Shown: positions 24,586 through 36,019 of the stretch, piece by piece
How the letters are laid out: every line of letters starts with the position of its first letter
How positions within the stretch are numbered: position 1 is the first letter of the stretch
DNA from: Ionaspis alba
Lineage: Eukaryota
Length of the DNA: 38,618 bases
Assembly (NCBI GenBank): GCA_964255285.1
Contig: CAXUUL010000067.1
Location: forward strand, 1 to 38,618
Direction: 5' to 3'
Program-made: the position numbers and the translations under genes
The notes under the pieces: model-generated
What the model saw: only the letters and a program-made list of their open reading frames with translations
Databases searched by the model: none
Told to the model about the DNA's origin: nothing

Positions 24586-25943
24586 ATGGCAGATCCAGGC
24601 AGCGTTCAAACTGCAGGAACCTCAACATCGTCTGCAAATGGAGAGAAGCCTGCTGTTCTGATCATAGGCGGTCTAGGTAATTGCTCCTTCCAATCCTCCA
24701 GTCATCATTGCTGACACAATTGGCTATCCAGGCTACATTGGACGCTTCCTCGCCCTCCACATCCACAAAAATAATCTCGCGTCTGAAGTCCGACTCGTCG
24801 ACAAAGTCCTTCCCCAACTTGCCTGGCTAGCTCCAGAATTTGCAGAAGCATGTTCACAAGACAAGTTCATGCAAGCGGACGCAACCAGAGAGCGTACGCC
24901 CATTCCTCCACCCATTGCCCCACACCTCCCCACAAAACCGTCCTCCATTCCGCCTCCTCTATCTACTGACACCTCGCCGCCCACCAGAATCTCTTCCCAA
25001 GATCTTCACCCCCGTCCACGCCCCCCAATACACCTACGTCTTCAACTGCGGCGGGGAGACCCGCTACTCCCAAGACGACTCCGTCTATACCGCCCGCTCT
25101 CTCGCCCTGACCACCACCATCGCTTCGGAATGTGCGCGGCGGCACATTCCCGCCTACATCGAGTTCTCCACCGGCATGGTCTACAAGCCTCCACCTAGTT
25201 CCGTCATCGCCTCTGGCGGCTGCAGCGAAACCGCCCCACTCAAACCCTGGCTCAAGCTCGCAAAATACAAGCTACAGGCTGAAGAGTCTCTGGCTAAGAT
25301 CCATGCAAAAGACAAAGGGCTCAACTACGCGATACTACGACTGGCACACGTGTACGGCGAGTACGACATCGGCTTTCTAGCCCGGGGTCTATGCCTCGCC
25401 AGAGTCTACCAAGCCCAACAAGAAGAAATGAAATGGCTCTACGGCAAAGACCTTCGCATCAACACCGTCCATATCACCGATACCTGCCGGGCAGCCTGGG
25501 CCGCAGCTTCCTACATCCACCGCACACCGCCTACCTCTCCCGCCCTGTCCGCCCCCGCAGGCCGCATATTCAACATCGCTGACGACGGCGACACCACCCA
25601 ACTCACACTCTCGCACATCATAGCACGGATTTTCAACATCACGACAGGGTTCCAAAACAGCCTGATCAGCGCCTTTGCGAAATTCAATCTCGAGAGCGTA
25701 GTCGATGATGTGAACGAAGAGGTGTTACAGCCTTGGGCGGATTTGTTGGCGCAGAAGGGGATTGTGAGGGCGGGGCCGATTGGGCCCTTTATGGAGAAGG
25801 AACTGTTGAGGGATTGTGATTTGTGTTTGGATAAGGGGAAGGCGGAGAGGGTGCTGGGTTGGAGGTGTGAGATTAAGGGTTTGAGTGAGGAGGGGGTAAG
25901 GGGCGTTGTGGAGAGTTATAAAAGGATGGGGTGGTGGCCTTGA
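24586..25943 (+). CDS. NAD(P)-binding epimerase/dehydratase-family protein (atypical extended SDR)
   Basis: Exons 24586-24676, 24732-24893 and 24988-25943. VLIIGGLG|YIGRFL Rossmann motif, EFSTGMVY, ILRLAHVYG and INTVHITD. Confidence 0.88.
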
Positions 25944-26790
25944 GTGGGTGGGGAATGGGAGCTTGGGGTAAAAGAAAATGAGGGCTGTTGTTGGAAGAGA
26001 AAACGCTTGTGGTGTGGATTGCTTTGCTTGGAAGGTTGTATGATTACCCATTTTGAATCCATTCTGGAATTAGCGTGCTTGCCTTTCTATTTCGGATATC
26101 TGATAGTTGCCCATTCTTGGCTAAGGCAGGCATATCGCTATGCTGCCTGTTGCGGATTTATGGTCTATAGATAATTTTAATTTAGCATAGCGAGAGTCAG
26201 AATGAGACAACATATGGAATGTCATAAATGGATCCGGTAGATTGCTGGAGACTTGGTCAGCAAACCTAGATTTGTACTCGCACTAGTGCATGTTACCAGG
26301 TGGGTATCCAGTGAGCAGTCGTTGTTTCTATGTTTCCACGATACGGAGAAAAGTGCTGGAGCACAGCAACGCGTGGGTACAATCTTGCTCTACGGTTATG
26401 GACAGAGATATCAGAAGCTTCAGTATGTGAGTAAGCAAGAGCAGAATTCCACACCGTAAATACAGTGCTCCAACGCAACCCTCCACCTACTGTTCTTCAA
26501 CAGCATAAACACCTTTGCTAAAGTCGCCTGAGAAACATGCCCATGCTTGCAGATTAAAGCGCCGAAAAGTCACGGGTAATTGTCATTAGGTACACTCTGC
26601 CTGAAACAAAATGAACGTGAACGAATATGAACAGCGCGTTCGTGCGGTACAGACTATGGAAGATCCTACAGCGATGATGGCAGTTCGATGTAAATCCCGA
26701 GAATTCGTGAATCATTGTCGTCGTAATGGCGCATATATGCTTTAACTGTGTTCTCGAATCTCGAGGTATTTTGCAATGTGAAAGGCGTGA

Positions 26791-28125
26791 TCATTCCACT
26801 AAGGTCTTTCCACAAAATAGACAATCCATATCTTCCGTCCAGGTCTTCGGCTCTTCCTCCCGGAGATCTGTGAAAATCACTCGTCCGGAAACCTCAGCAG
26901 GTTCCTGGCCTTCTTCACTTTCATCCTCCTTTGCAGGTTTCTTTTCAAGCGTTGCTTCAAGTTGACCCTCCCAAGGTCTGTCAGATTGTACTTGCGTTTT
27001 TCCTTTGCCCTTCCCTCCTCTTTTGGACCGAGTTCTTCCAAGAGGTCTGCTAGTGGTGCTGTTTGGTGTCTGAATGGGTGTTTTGGTTGTAGTTGCGCTA
27101 ATATCCTCCTCTTCTTTCTTGGGTGCTAATTGGATAGTATCGCCCGGTGTGGACGCTTCCTCTTCTGGAGACTCGACAGGTTCTGGAGGGTCCTCTGACT
27201 TTGTTATCCGCTCCCAGGCCTTCGCTGCTGCTGCTTCAAGTAGACAAGGCTCATGCATCCATTTGTTGCAGCCTGGGCTCACACAACGAATGAGCAGTTT
27301 GTCAGGGTTGTGAAATCGTCTGCAGATGCACCCCTTCTTCAGTGACTAGTAACACTAGGTTAGTGTTCTCTAGCTCTGAATCGAGTTCGGGTTACTCACG
27401 GAAGTCTTCTGCGTTGGGAAGTCGAAAATTTGGCGCCAGTAGAGGCCTGTCACAACAGGCGCATCATCTGTTTCGACTAAATGCTGGACCGGTGCTTTGT
27501 AAGACACTGTTGTTGCATCAATGATTTCCATATGGTTGCTTGCGACGAGTTCTTGCTCTCCATGGTAATACTCGCGGCCCTTTGGCAACTCCGTTGGCCA
27601 GTACATCCAGAACACTCGGAGATAAACACACGATGGACCTGATGCTCGGACTTCCAATACCCGAGCCACCCAGTATTGATGTTCGCTATCCTCCGCTCCG
27701 TCATCCTTTGTTGTGGCATGGTTCACGAAAACGTAATCGTGTACTCCAAATTGCTCTTCGTTGACTAATACCAGAACATGAGCACATGTCTAAGTATTAA
27801 TTATCGCGACCCAACCTCACTTACCGACAAAGTTCTTGTACTTCCTCAGTCCCTCCCAATGCGCGCCAGGCAGTACAGTAAACGCGACAGGCTTCTGACC
27901 CTCCGCGACGTCAGTTTCTAACCTTCCGGGAGCGTGATCCGCTTTGGCCCTGTTCTTCGCGCTGCCTCGACGTGTCTTGGGTTTGGAATCCGCGGACTTG
28001 AGGTACTCTATAGTGAACGGTGTTTGTGCATCATTCTCTTCCACCAGCTCGGGTGACGATGATTTGTAGCCCGGTTCGTTGCTTTCTGGTGTGGCATATG
28101 ATTGACGCTTGCGCTTTTGTGCCAT
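26791..28125 (-). CDS. BAH-PHD chromatin reader (EPR-1/BP1-like; plant EBS/SHL-related), about 406 aa
   Basis: Exons 28125-27825, 27764-27400 and 27345-26791. BAH core YWVARVLEVRA..VYLRVFWMYWP.EL..YHGEQELVASNHMEII. PHD ligands CIC..CVSPGC..HEPC, with CLFC at the C-terminus. Confidence 0.88.
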
Positions 28126-28925
28126 TGTAATTCCTGTCTCAAGAAATATTTGGGTATGGATCTGTCAGTATGAAGTGGAGGAGATGCGCGTTTCTTTGAC
28201 AGCGTTGGTGTGGCTTCTGTATTGCTTCGGGCAGTGAGAGGGCGCGATTGGTAAGAAATCTCCTCAAGTGCTAGCTGAAAGTGATAGCGAGAAGGTTCTA
28301 GATATCTAGAGGAGCCACGAGCCAAATTGGAGTCTTACTTCCAACCTGCGCAGAGCCGGGAGTCCGCTAACAGAGGATGCAGGAGCCAGTTAGTGACTAA
28401 TCGAAGCGCTTCGTTAGTATTCTGTAACAATGCTCCGAACAAATAACACAAAGATCATCCCCGACGTGAAAGACAAAGATCGAGAGCATATGGACAGAAA
28501 ATGCGAGAATTGTATCGAGGGCCAAGACGCGTATGAGAGAGTTAGTGATCTGTACCCCGAGCTGTTGCATGAGCCATCACAAGCGCTGTGCATGACGTCG
28601 AAAAGTTTCATGCATTAGTCTGCATAAAATTGAACCAATGACAGAGCTGCGTTTGGCCAAACCCTAAAGGACTGATGGCAACGGAGCTTGACAAGTATCC
28701 CTCACACTGCCGGTCTTGAAAACAAAACTTTGAGAAGGCAATCATCAGAGGAAATAAAATGCTGAAACTCGTTGATTCTAGATGTCCACAGCCCCAGTAA
28801 AACGCCTTCCAATTCTCCATCCGAGCCACCTGCCCCAGAAGCTAGGCACAGCATAAATTGATTGATAAACGAAATTTTAGCATATTGACCATGCTTGCTG
28901 TAGGTATGCCACCACAGCAAACTCA

Positions 28926-29509
28926 TCAAGCTGGTCTCCTTTTGACAAATTCCTCCAGATCTCCCCTCGTCGCAACTCCCAACACAAATCTCCGACTTCC
29001 ATCCGTGACGACAGCAAAGTCTTGAGGTCCAGATCCATTCGATCCATGATTGAAGAACTCTTCCAATTCTTCAAGGGGCGTATCCATACTGATGACCTTG
29101 TACACTTTACCTTTCCGCCTGAACTTCTGCATGGCTCTTTCGACAGGGTCACTATCCTTTACAGACCCGGTCCGCAACAGTTCCTTCAGTCTAGGGATGT
29201 TGAGATAGCCAAGTAAAGACCTGGTGTCTTCGGATATGACGGTAAGGTGTGTGTAGTCTCTTTCGTAGGCATTCATGAGGGCATTTGAGATAGGATCTGT
29301 AGGCTTGGAGGAGAGTGCTGGAGGAGGATCGAGGTCTTCGACCGTAGCCTATCATCTGCCATTAGCATCTAGTAAAGAAACGTCTTTCTCAAGATGTAAG
29401 TTACTCCACGGTATTTATTAGCCCAGATTGATTTTGCTGAGGAAGACGAGGCTGCCCCGTCGATATTTGTCTTCCCATTGTGCTCAGAACTAGGAGCCAC
29501 TGCAGTCAT
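28926..29509 (-). CDS. Small fungal CBS-domain protein
   Basis: Exons 29509-29405 and 29348-28926. NKYRG|ATVEDLDPPPALS..ALMNAYERDYTHLTVI..LLGYL..TPLEELEEFF..FAVVTD..RFVLGVATRGDLEEF resembles a CBS pair. Confidence 0.82.
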
Positions 29510-29915
29510 TGGAGCAGTGGGCACTGGGTTTTATTCAAGGAGGTCCTTCATTGATTTTGTCTATACAGCATGCTTGAATGTTGAGTTGCATGAATCTAGC
29601 ATAACAGAAAGACAACAATGGTCCTCCGATAGGGCCGATAATGGTAGACGCTCGGTACGCTGGGCACGTCATATTCTCGCTAAAGCTTCCCTCCGGCCCA
29701 GGAGCTCTCCCCCGCAAGCTCTCCTGCCACCAACTGTCATTTGGCTTCCAACCGTCAAGTTCTCGGAGCTGACGACTCTTACAAAATTCAGTTTTTTCAT
29801 TGTGACGATCGAAGTCGCCGGGTATTTCAGGAGATACATTGAGCATTGAACCTTATTGTGAGGAGGAATCTATTGGAGATAAGCGCAAGAACTGGACGCT
29901 GACCTTATCAGCGCC

Positions 29916-31283
29916 ATGCCTCTCCTCTTCCCCACTCAGGGCACGCTTCACGATATCTTTGCTAGACGATCGCCTATCATTCGGAAAGCGGAGAACCCCC
30001 AACCTAAAGAAGCTCCATATAATGCTCGAAAAGAGCTCTTCCCAGCATGGAGCGCGGTTGACGATGTGAAGAGCAAGGCCGGACAATTGAGTGCCGAGGC
30101 TCAGAAGGAATACCAGAAAGCAAGCCAGGCAGCACAAGCTAAAGCAGGCAAGATCGAGTTGTATTCGCCGAAATACTACGCAGCATGCACTCTTGGAGGT
30201 CTACTGGCCTGTGTATGTTTTCCTGGTGATCCCGGGCAATGCAGATATTGATTCTACATAGGGCGTTACCCACACCGCCGTGACTCCTCTAGATCTTGTT
30301 AAATGTCGTCGTCAGGTTGACTCGAAGATGTACAAGGGCAATTTTGAAGCTTGGGGCAAGATTGGCCGTGCCGAAGGTTTCCGCGGAATTTTCACTGGAT
30401 GGAGTCCTACGTTCTTTGGGTATTCGGTCTGTCCCATCGCACCATTTGCCCTTCAAGATGCCTACTGATCAATTCTTGCAGGCACAAGGAGCTTTCAAAT
30501 ATGGAGGATATGAATTCTTCAAGAAATTCTATGGTGATCTTGCCGGAGAAGACCTGGCCTACCGCTATAAGACATCCCTCTACTTGACTGCCAGTGCTTC
30601 CGCCGAATTCGTCGCCGATGTTGCTCTATGTCCCTTCGAAGCTGTCAAAGTCCGCATGCAGACAACGATTCCACCATTTGCGACCGGCACGTTCAACGGT
30701 ATCTCCACTATCACTGCCAAGGAGGGAACAGCTGGGTAAGAATTCCAAAGCTGTCCGTTGGTGTATGAAATTTTCTAAACATGTGTTAGTCTCTACAAGG
30801 GACTCTACCCTCTCTGGGGTCGACAGATCCCGTACACCATGATGAAATTCGCCTCCTTCGAAACGATCGTCGAAGCAATCTACAACTACCTCCCAGGAAA
30901 GAAATCCGACTACGGTAAAGGTGCTCAAACCGGTGTTTCCTTCGCTGGTGGTTATCTTGCCGGTATTCTCTGCGCTATAGTCTCTCATCCCGCCGATGTC
31001 ATGGTTAGCAAACTGAACGCCAATCGTCAACCTGGTGAAGCATTCGGTGCCGCTATGGGTAGAATCTACAAGGACATCGGTTTTATTGGTCTCTGGAACG
31101 GTCTTCCTGTCAGAATCGTCATGATTGGAACATTGACCGGATTGCAATGGATGATGTATGTATCTCTTGTTCTTCCCTTGCCGCACTGGTTGTTGACAAT
31201 GTTGTAGTTACGATTCGTTCAAGATTTTCATGGGTCTCCCCACCACAGGTGCTGCTCCTCCGCCATCTAAGCAGGTTTCTTGA
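29916..31283 (+). CDS. PIC2: Mitochondrial phosphate/copper carrier (SLC25A3 family)
   Basis: Exons 29916-30212, 30262-30426, 30482-30735, 30790-31155 and 31208-31283. Carrier signatures [16 protein letters not shown] and PADVMVSK, plus [10 protein letters not shown] and [10 protein letters not shown]. The N-terminal [10 protein letters not shown] extension is typical of the Pic2 branch. Confidence 0.92.
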
Positions 31284-32067
31284 GGTCACGAAGGTAGTAG
31301 TTGGTGATTGTGAATGGAGGTGGTGAGTTGCAAGCAAGGCATGGAGATTTGTGCTTGGATTGCGTAAAAGGGGCCAGTGTAGTCGAAATCCACTCCGATT
31401 ATGTTGTATATATCGCCTTTGGCAGCTTCATTCGGATACAGCCGCCTTGATTTTCGATGAATCTCTTTTGTGAAGCATTGATGTCCAATTTTGAAGGAAC
31501 AGAATGAAACCATTTCGACTTTGATTTGCCGAGGCAATGACGCAAAGTCAACAGACCCCAAATCATGGCTCTTCCTCAGTATTAGCCCTGGATTTTGACG
31601 TCTTGGCTGCACGATGACTGTTCGAACTCAAGTTGTTTGGTTTGGGGACCAGGATGAGTCGAGGATCCATCGACTTCTCTATGTCCTGTAAGCCGGTTTT
31701 ATTAGCCCTAAGTAGCTCCGTGTTGGCTTTGGAACATGACAGAAGAGAAATATATCCGTTAAGCTAGCAGGACTAGAAATACCCAGACACTTATCACATG
31801 GATCAAGGATATGATGGAAGGATGAGGTTGTTTTCGGCTTTGGGTGCTTCATCTAGAAAGATCGTGTAAATTGCCCATGTCGATGGAGGGATTCACCGCA
31901 TTTCGGCAATCCTGCCGGCGATTGGGTGCTGTTTCCCGGGTTCCAATAGTAGTTTCCATGGAATTGTGAAGAAGACGCCATCCAGTGGTTTGCTGTGTAA
32001 CAACAACAGTGCATTATGCAAGTCCTAGTAATGCCATGCTTGCGTGAGAGCAATGACATACCGAGCT

Positions 32068-32210
32068 CTTATCGGGGCGCTTATCGAGAGCATTTCTTGG
32101 CATACCACCCGAGGGAATCCCCCGGTCCCGAAAACATCCCACCTTGCCCTATCCCTTGTCATCACCTCATACCTGCATTGTACCACTGTGCCGGATTTCT
32201 ACTTATAAAA
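32068..32210 (+). promoter_or_regulatory. Tandem GATA sites (CTTATC x2) and TATA box upstream of the DUF3602 gene
   Basis: CTTATC at 32068-32073 and 32080-32085, a third copy at 31790-31795, and TATAAAA at 32204-32210. Confidence 0.5.
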
Positions 32211-32391
32211 ATTCGAGTTCTGGTACCTTGATCTTCAAGTTTCCACCATCTTCACCTCATCATCTAAACTTTAGGTGAGTTGCTGTCTATATCAGATCAG
32301 AGCTACTGTAGCTTTGTTAGCCTACCCGCTTCAACAGCAGCGCGAGCTTGACGTAATAGCTACTGAACAAGCGCAGGACATAGTCACAACA

Positions 32392-33042
32392 ATGACAGGC
32401 GCAGACGCACCCATCGTGTCGCATGGTCGAGGAGGTGAGTGCCACTCATACTCAATTACCTACAATTCATAGCTGACTCTCTAGGTGCTGCAAACATCGG
32501 AGCAGACTCGACTGAGTACGTCGCGCAAATCTTTCACCCTCCCCTCCAGTGCCCAACAGGTTTTCTGACTGCCAGATCTACAGATACGTTGACGGTGAGA
32601 TTGTGCGCCAAGGCGTCGAAGGCGACCAAGGCGATGGGGCTTACTCTACCGGCGTACGTCTCGTCTATCACAGCTGCTCACATTTCCGGCGCCAGACTGG
32701 AGACTGATATCTTCGTTCTGTACAGCGTGGCGGCGCAGCCAACATTGGCTCTCCAGGCCTGAAGGCGCAAAAGGGTCCAAAGCACGACCAGGATGTGATC
32801 CCGGAGGCAGCAATGCGCGATCCGACACCAGAAAACTATCATGTTGGGGTAAGTCCAACCCTCACTTGTCTGGTGCAGGAGCCGTTCAGAAAAATCCAGG
32901 AGAGAATGGATGAGCAGAGCCGAGGCTGATGATCGTACAGCGCGGTGGGGAGGGGAATGTCCACAAGGAGAAGAGCGGGACGGCGCATGAGGGCCTTGCG
33001 GATAAGCTGAAGAACAAGATTGGGCTGGGGCACAAGAAGTGA
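32392..33042 (+). CDS. DUF3602 / Par32(Amu1)-like GRGGxxN-repeat protein (122 aa, 5 exons; not captured by the ORF track)
   Basis: Exons 32392-32434, 32485-32515, 32584-32653, 32726-32848 and 32941-33042, all GT-AG and in frame: MTGADAPIVSHGRGGAANIGADSTEYVDGEIVRQGVEGDQGDGAYSTGRGGAANIGSPGLKAQKGPKHDQDVIPEAAMRDPTPENYHVGRGGEGNVHKEKSGTAHEGLADKLKNKIGLGHKK*. Probable 5'UTR intron at 32275-32376. Confidence 0.87.
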
Positions 33043-33360
33043 GGGTGCCGTTGCTGCGAGTTCGAGGATGCAAGAGCTCTTAATGGAACTCGATTGGGAT
33101 TTTCCTTTTGGTTTGGTAGCAGGAAATCGATCAACTGGATCAGAGGTAATGATGTTGGAGATGCCAGTCAGGGCGATATTTGTTTTCCCTTTAAGATACC
33201 TTCTCTATCGACGATCGAACTCTTCATAGCGCTAAATCGAAGCTGCTGAAACTGGTATATCCATTCCCATCTCTACCAATGTAGTCCAGGCGCAAACCCA
33301 ATATGCCCCAAACCCTATCAATACTTATACAGAAAATGCGTTGACTTTGCCGAGCCCTTT

Positions 33361-35525
33361 CTACCGTACGAACTTCAACTTCCTAGTCGCATACGCTGCA
33401 CCAACCGAACTCAATGCCCCAATGGCCAAACATACCGCAATACCGTTAACGCCTTCTTTTCTTACCTCTGTAGGCTTCCCATCCGCCAATTCCTTACTCT
33501 TACCTGGCTCCACGATCGCAAAAACAATCATTGAGATAAACGTTCCTACAAACTGCGGCAGGGTAGTGAACAAGTTCAATATCCCCAAGTAGATGCCTGC
33601 GGTCTCGCCCGTGGACGAGGAAGGTGAGTCGTCGAGGTCGCGATCGAGATGGTTTAGGCGGAGCTGGCGTGGTGAGCTGGGAGGTGAATCGTCAAGGTTG
33701 GGTTCGGTACTGTTGTTGGGGAGGAGGGCGTGCGTGTCGCTACTGAGGCGATGATATGTGCTTCCGTTTGCGAGCATTGTTGTGGGGGTGGTGAGTCTGT
33801 TGATTTCGACGCCTATGAAGGCAAAAGGGGCCCAGGAAGCGAGGGCCCAGGGTCTGGTACATTGGAATCATCAGCTATCGGATGGGAGTGTCCCAGCAGA
33901 GTTCGAGTAGAGCAAACAATCGCATGGGTCCATGGGAAGGACTTACATCCCACATATTGCCACTAGAATGGTGGCAAATTGGAGCGATCGCACGAAAGGA
34001 GCAAGAGACATGGCGGCTGCAAATATTAGATGGCTTACCAGCCAGGTGGAGAGAAGGTCGGGCTTGAGGTTGTGCATAGTTGTGAGGAAAGATGCGAGGA
34101 TTGGTGGAGGCCGGGGAGTAAATTTTCGATTCTCATCTTCCGGGGACGTGATGACCCAGGGCAGGAGGACTGAACCAGCGAAAGTAACGATGGAGAAGAT
34201 GACCAGAGATAGACTGCCAATGCGGCCGATCTCGCCAAGTTTATCGGTAGAGTTTTTGAGGTCCTCGGGAGCTGAGTAGCGGAAGTATGTCTCGCCAACC
34301 CATGTTGGGCTGTAGAAGAGGAAGGGAAACCATCCTGAAAGACTTAGTAACTGTCACGGGAGTCAGGCGGGGAGTACTCACCTATCCAAGCCCAGAACTG
34401 GACCCAGCAGATGGCTTGAATCCTATTTGGCAGGTGCATAGTTGTCTTGTATATCTTGGTGAGCATGTTGATGATACCAGACGTGGTATCTGATTCCCTA
34501 GCTTTTGTCAGATTAGAGGTATCAATGATATCACTGGAAAGCCTGTACCGTGGGGAGATCAAGACGCGCTCTGTCACGGCGTAAGAAGTAATCCCAACTG
34601 CAGACATCAAGCCAAATGCAGCAATAACAGACATTTGCTTGAGTTGAGAATTTCCGAGCAGAGTACCAAATATGCTCATCAGCTTCACTGTCCCCACGCC
34701 GTAGCCAACAAGATGACCAATGGCCACCATTCTACTTGCTTCGGAGGTTCAGCAACCGTCTTGAATCCAATACAAGGTATGTGCTTACCCCAAGCAGAGC
34801 CCAGCTGCTGCTTCGATATGGGTAAAGTGTCGACGATCAGACTTCGACACGATGACTGAACTATTCCCCCGTCAACACCTATCCCATCTTCGTTGTAGCT
34901 TGGAACACATACCAGCATTAATAGCAAAATCGACGGCATAAATACTTAAAACAGCCAACACAATCGTCCAAGTAGACTTCTGCAACCTCTCAGCCAACAT
35001 CTCCAAACTTCATCACTACAATATTACCCACAGCATCCGGGCTCTTCACAAAAATCCCCACAATTTCTGCCGTCCACCCCAAGGTCAAAAGGCACAGAAC
35101 CACGATGACAGACCCGCCGATCATGAACGGTCTTCTCCGTCCCCATCTCGACCTCGAATTGTCCGCGATGACTCCCACAATGGGCTGCATGATCAGTCCC
35201 GACAACGGTCCCGCGATCCATACCATCGACGTGCGGCTCTTGCTCAGGCCGAGCTGGAGGAGGTAGGGTGTGCAATCTGGGATCGCGTATCAGCCAACGC
35301 ATTTCTTCTCTCTAGCTGCTAGTAACAACAGGCGCTTACAGGTCATCTCGAAGCTCCAGGTGAATCTGCAGGCATAGCTCGTCAGCAAAGGCGCGTAGTC
35401 TAAACATGCACGGGAAGAAAAGCTTACTGGAGACCGATCAAGCTGAAGGTCAGGAGAGCCATTCGCAGAGACTCGGTGGAGCCTTTGATGGAGGGCGTGC
35501 CGACCCATGATGCCGCCTGAGGCAT
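33361..35525 (-). CDS. SUT1: Sucrose/alpha-glucoside:H+ symporter (GPH family, S. pombe Sut1 / plant SUC / SLC45-like)
   Basis: Multi-exon gene (first exons 35525-35428, 35365-35340 and 35276-35032). SWVGTPSIKG..GLQ|FTWSFEMT|YCTPYLLQLG..WIAGPLSGLIMQPIVGVIAD..WGRRRPF, DFAINAVQSSCR and GIYLGILNLFTTLPQF. Confidence 0.9.
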
Positions 35526-36019
35526 TGCCTCCCAAAAATTGAGCTGTCGTGCTATGGAAGTGACATCTGGTTTTGTATTGCTTTGCAAGTGTGTTTTTGG
35601 CTGGAGCTAGGGGGAGGGTGCGGCGTGAGACCTGGCGAGGTGGTTTGGGAGAGCGGCCAGCGCTAGTGAGGGAGAAATGTAAAAATCCTACAAGCAAGGG
35701 AAGTTGCAATCGGTCGTCAAGGGGCGCGCTTCACGTGTAGAAAGAAAGAGCAACCGATGACGATGGTTTGCATGGAGAAACACGATAAAATTGGTTCTTG
35801 GTATCGATGCACAGCTGCACTTTCATGTCCGGACATATCGTTGCATTTTCATAACGGACATCGATAACCTTCTTCATATCGCTCCACTATATCAAGTATT
35901 GTCCTATCAATCGCCAAGTTGAGCGCGGACAATGTAGTCTGCTCTATTCACTATTGCTAAGAACAAATGTACGTCCCATGCAGCTATACCAATTCAACCC
36001 ACGCCCCAGCGTCATTCAT

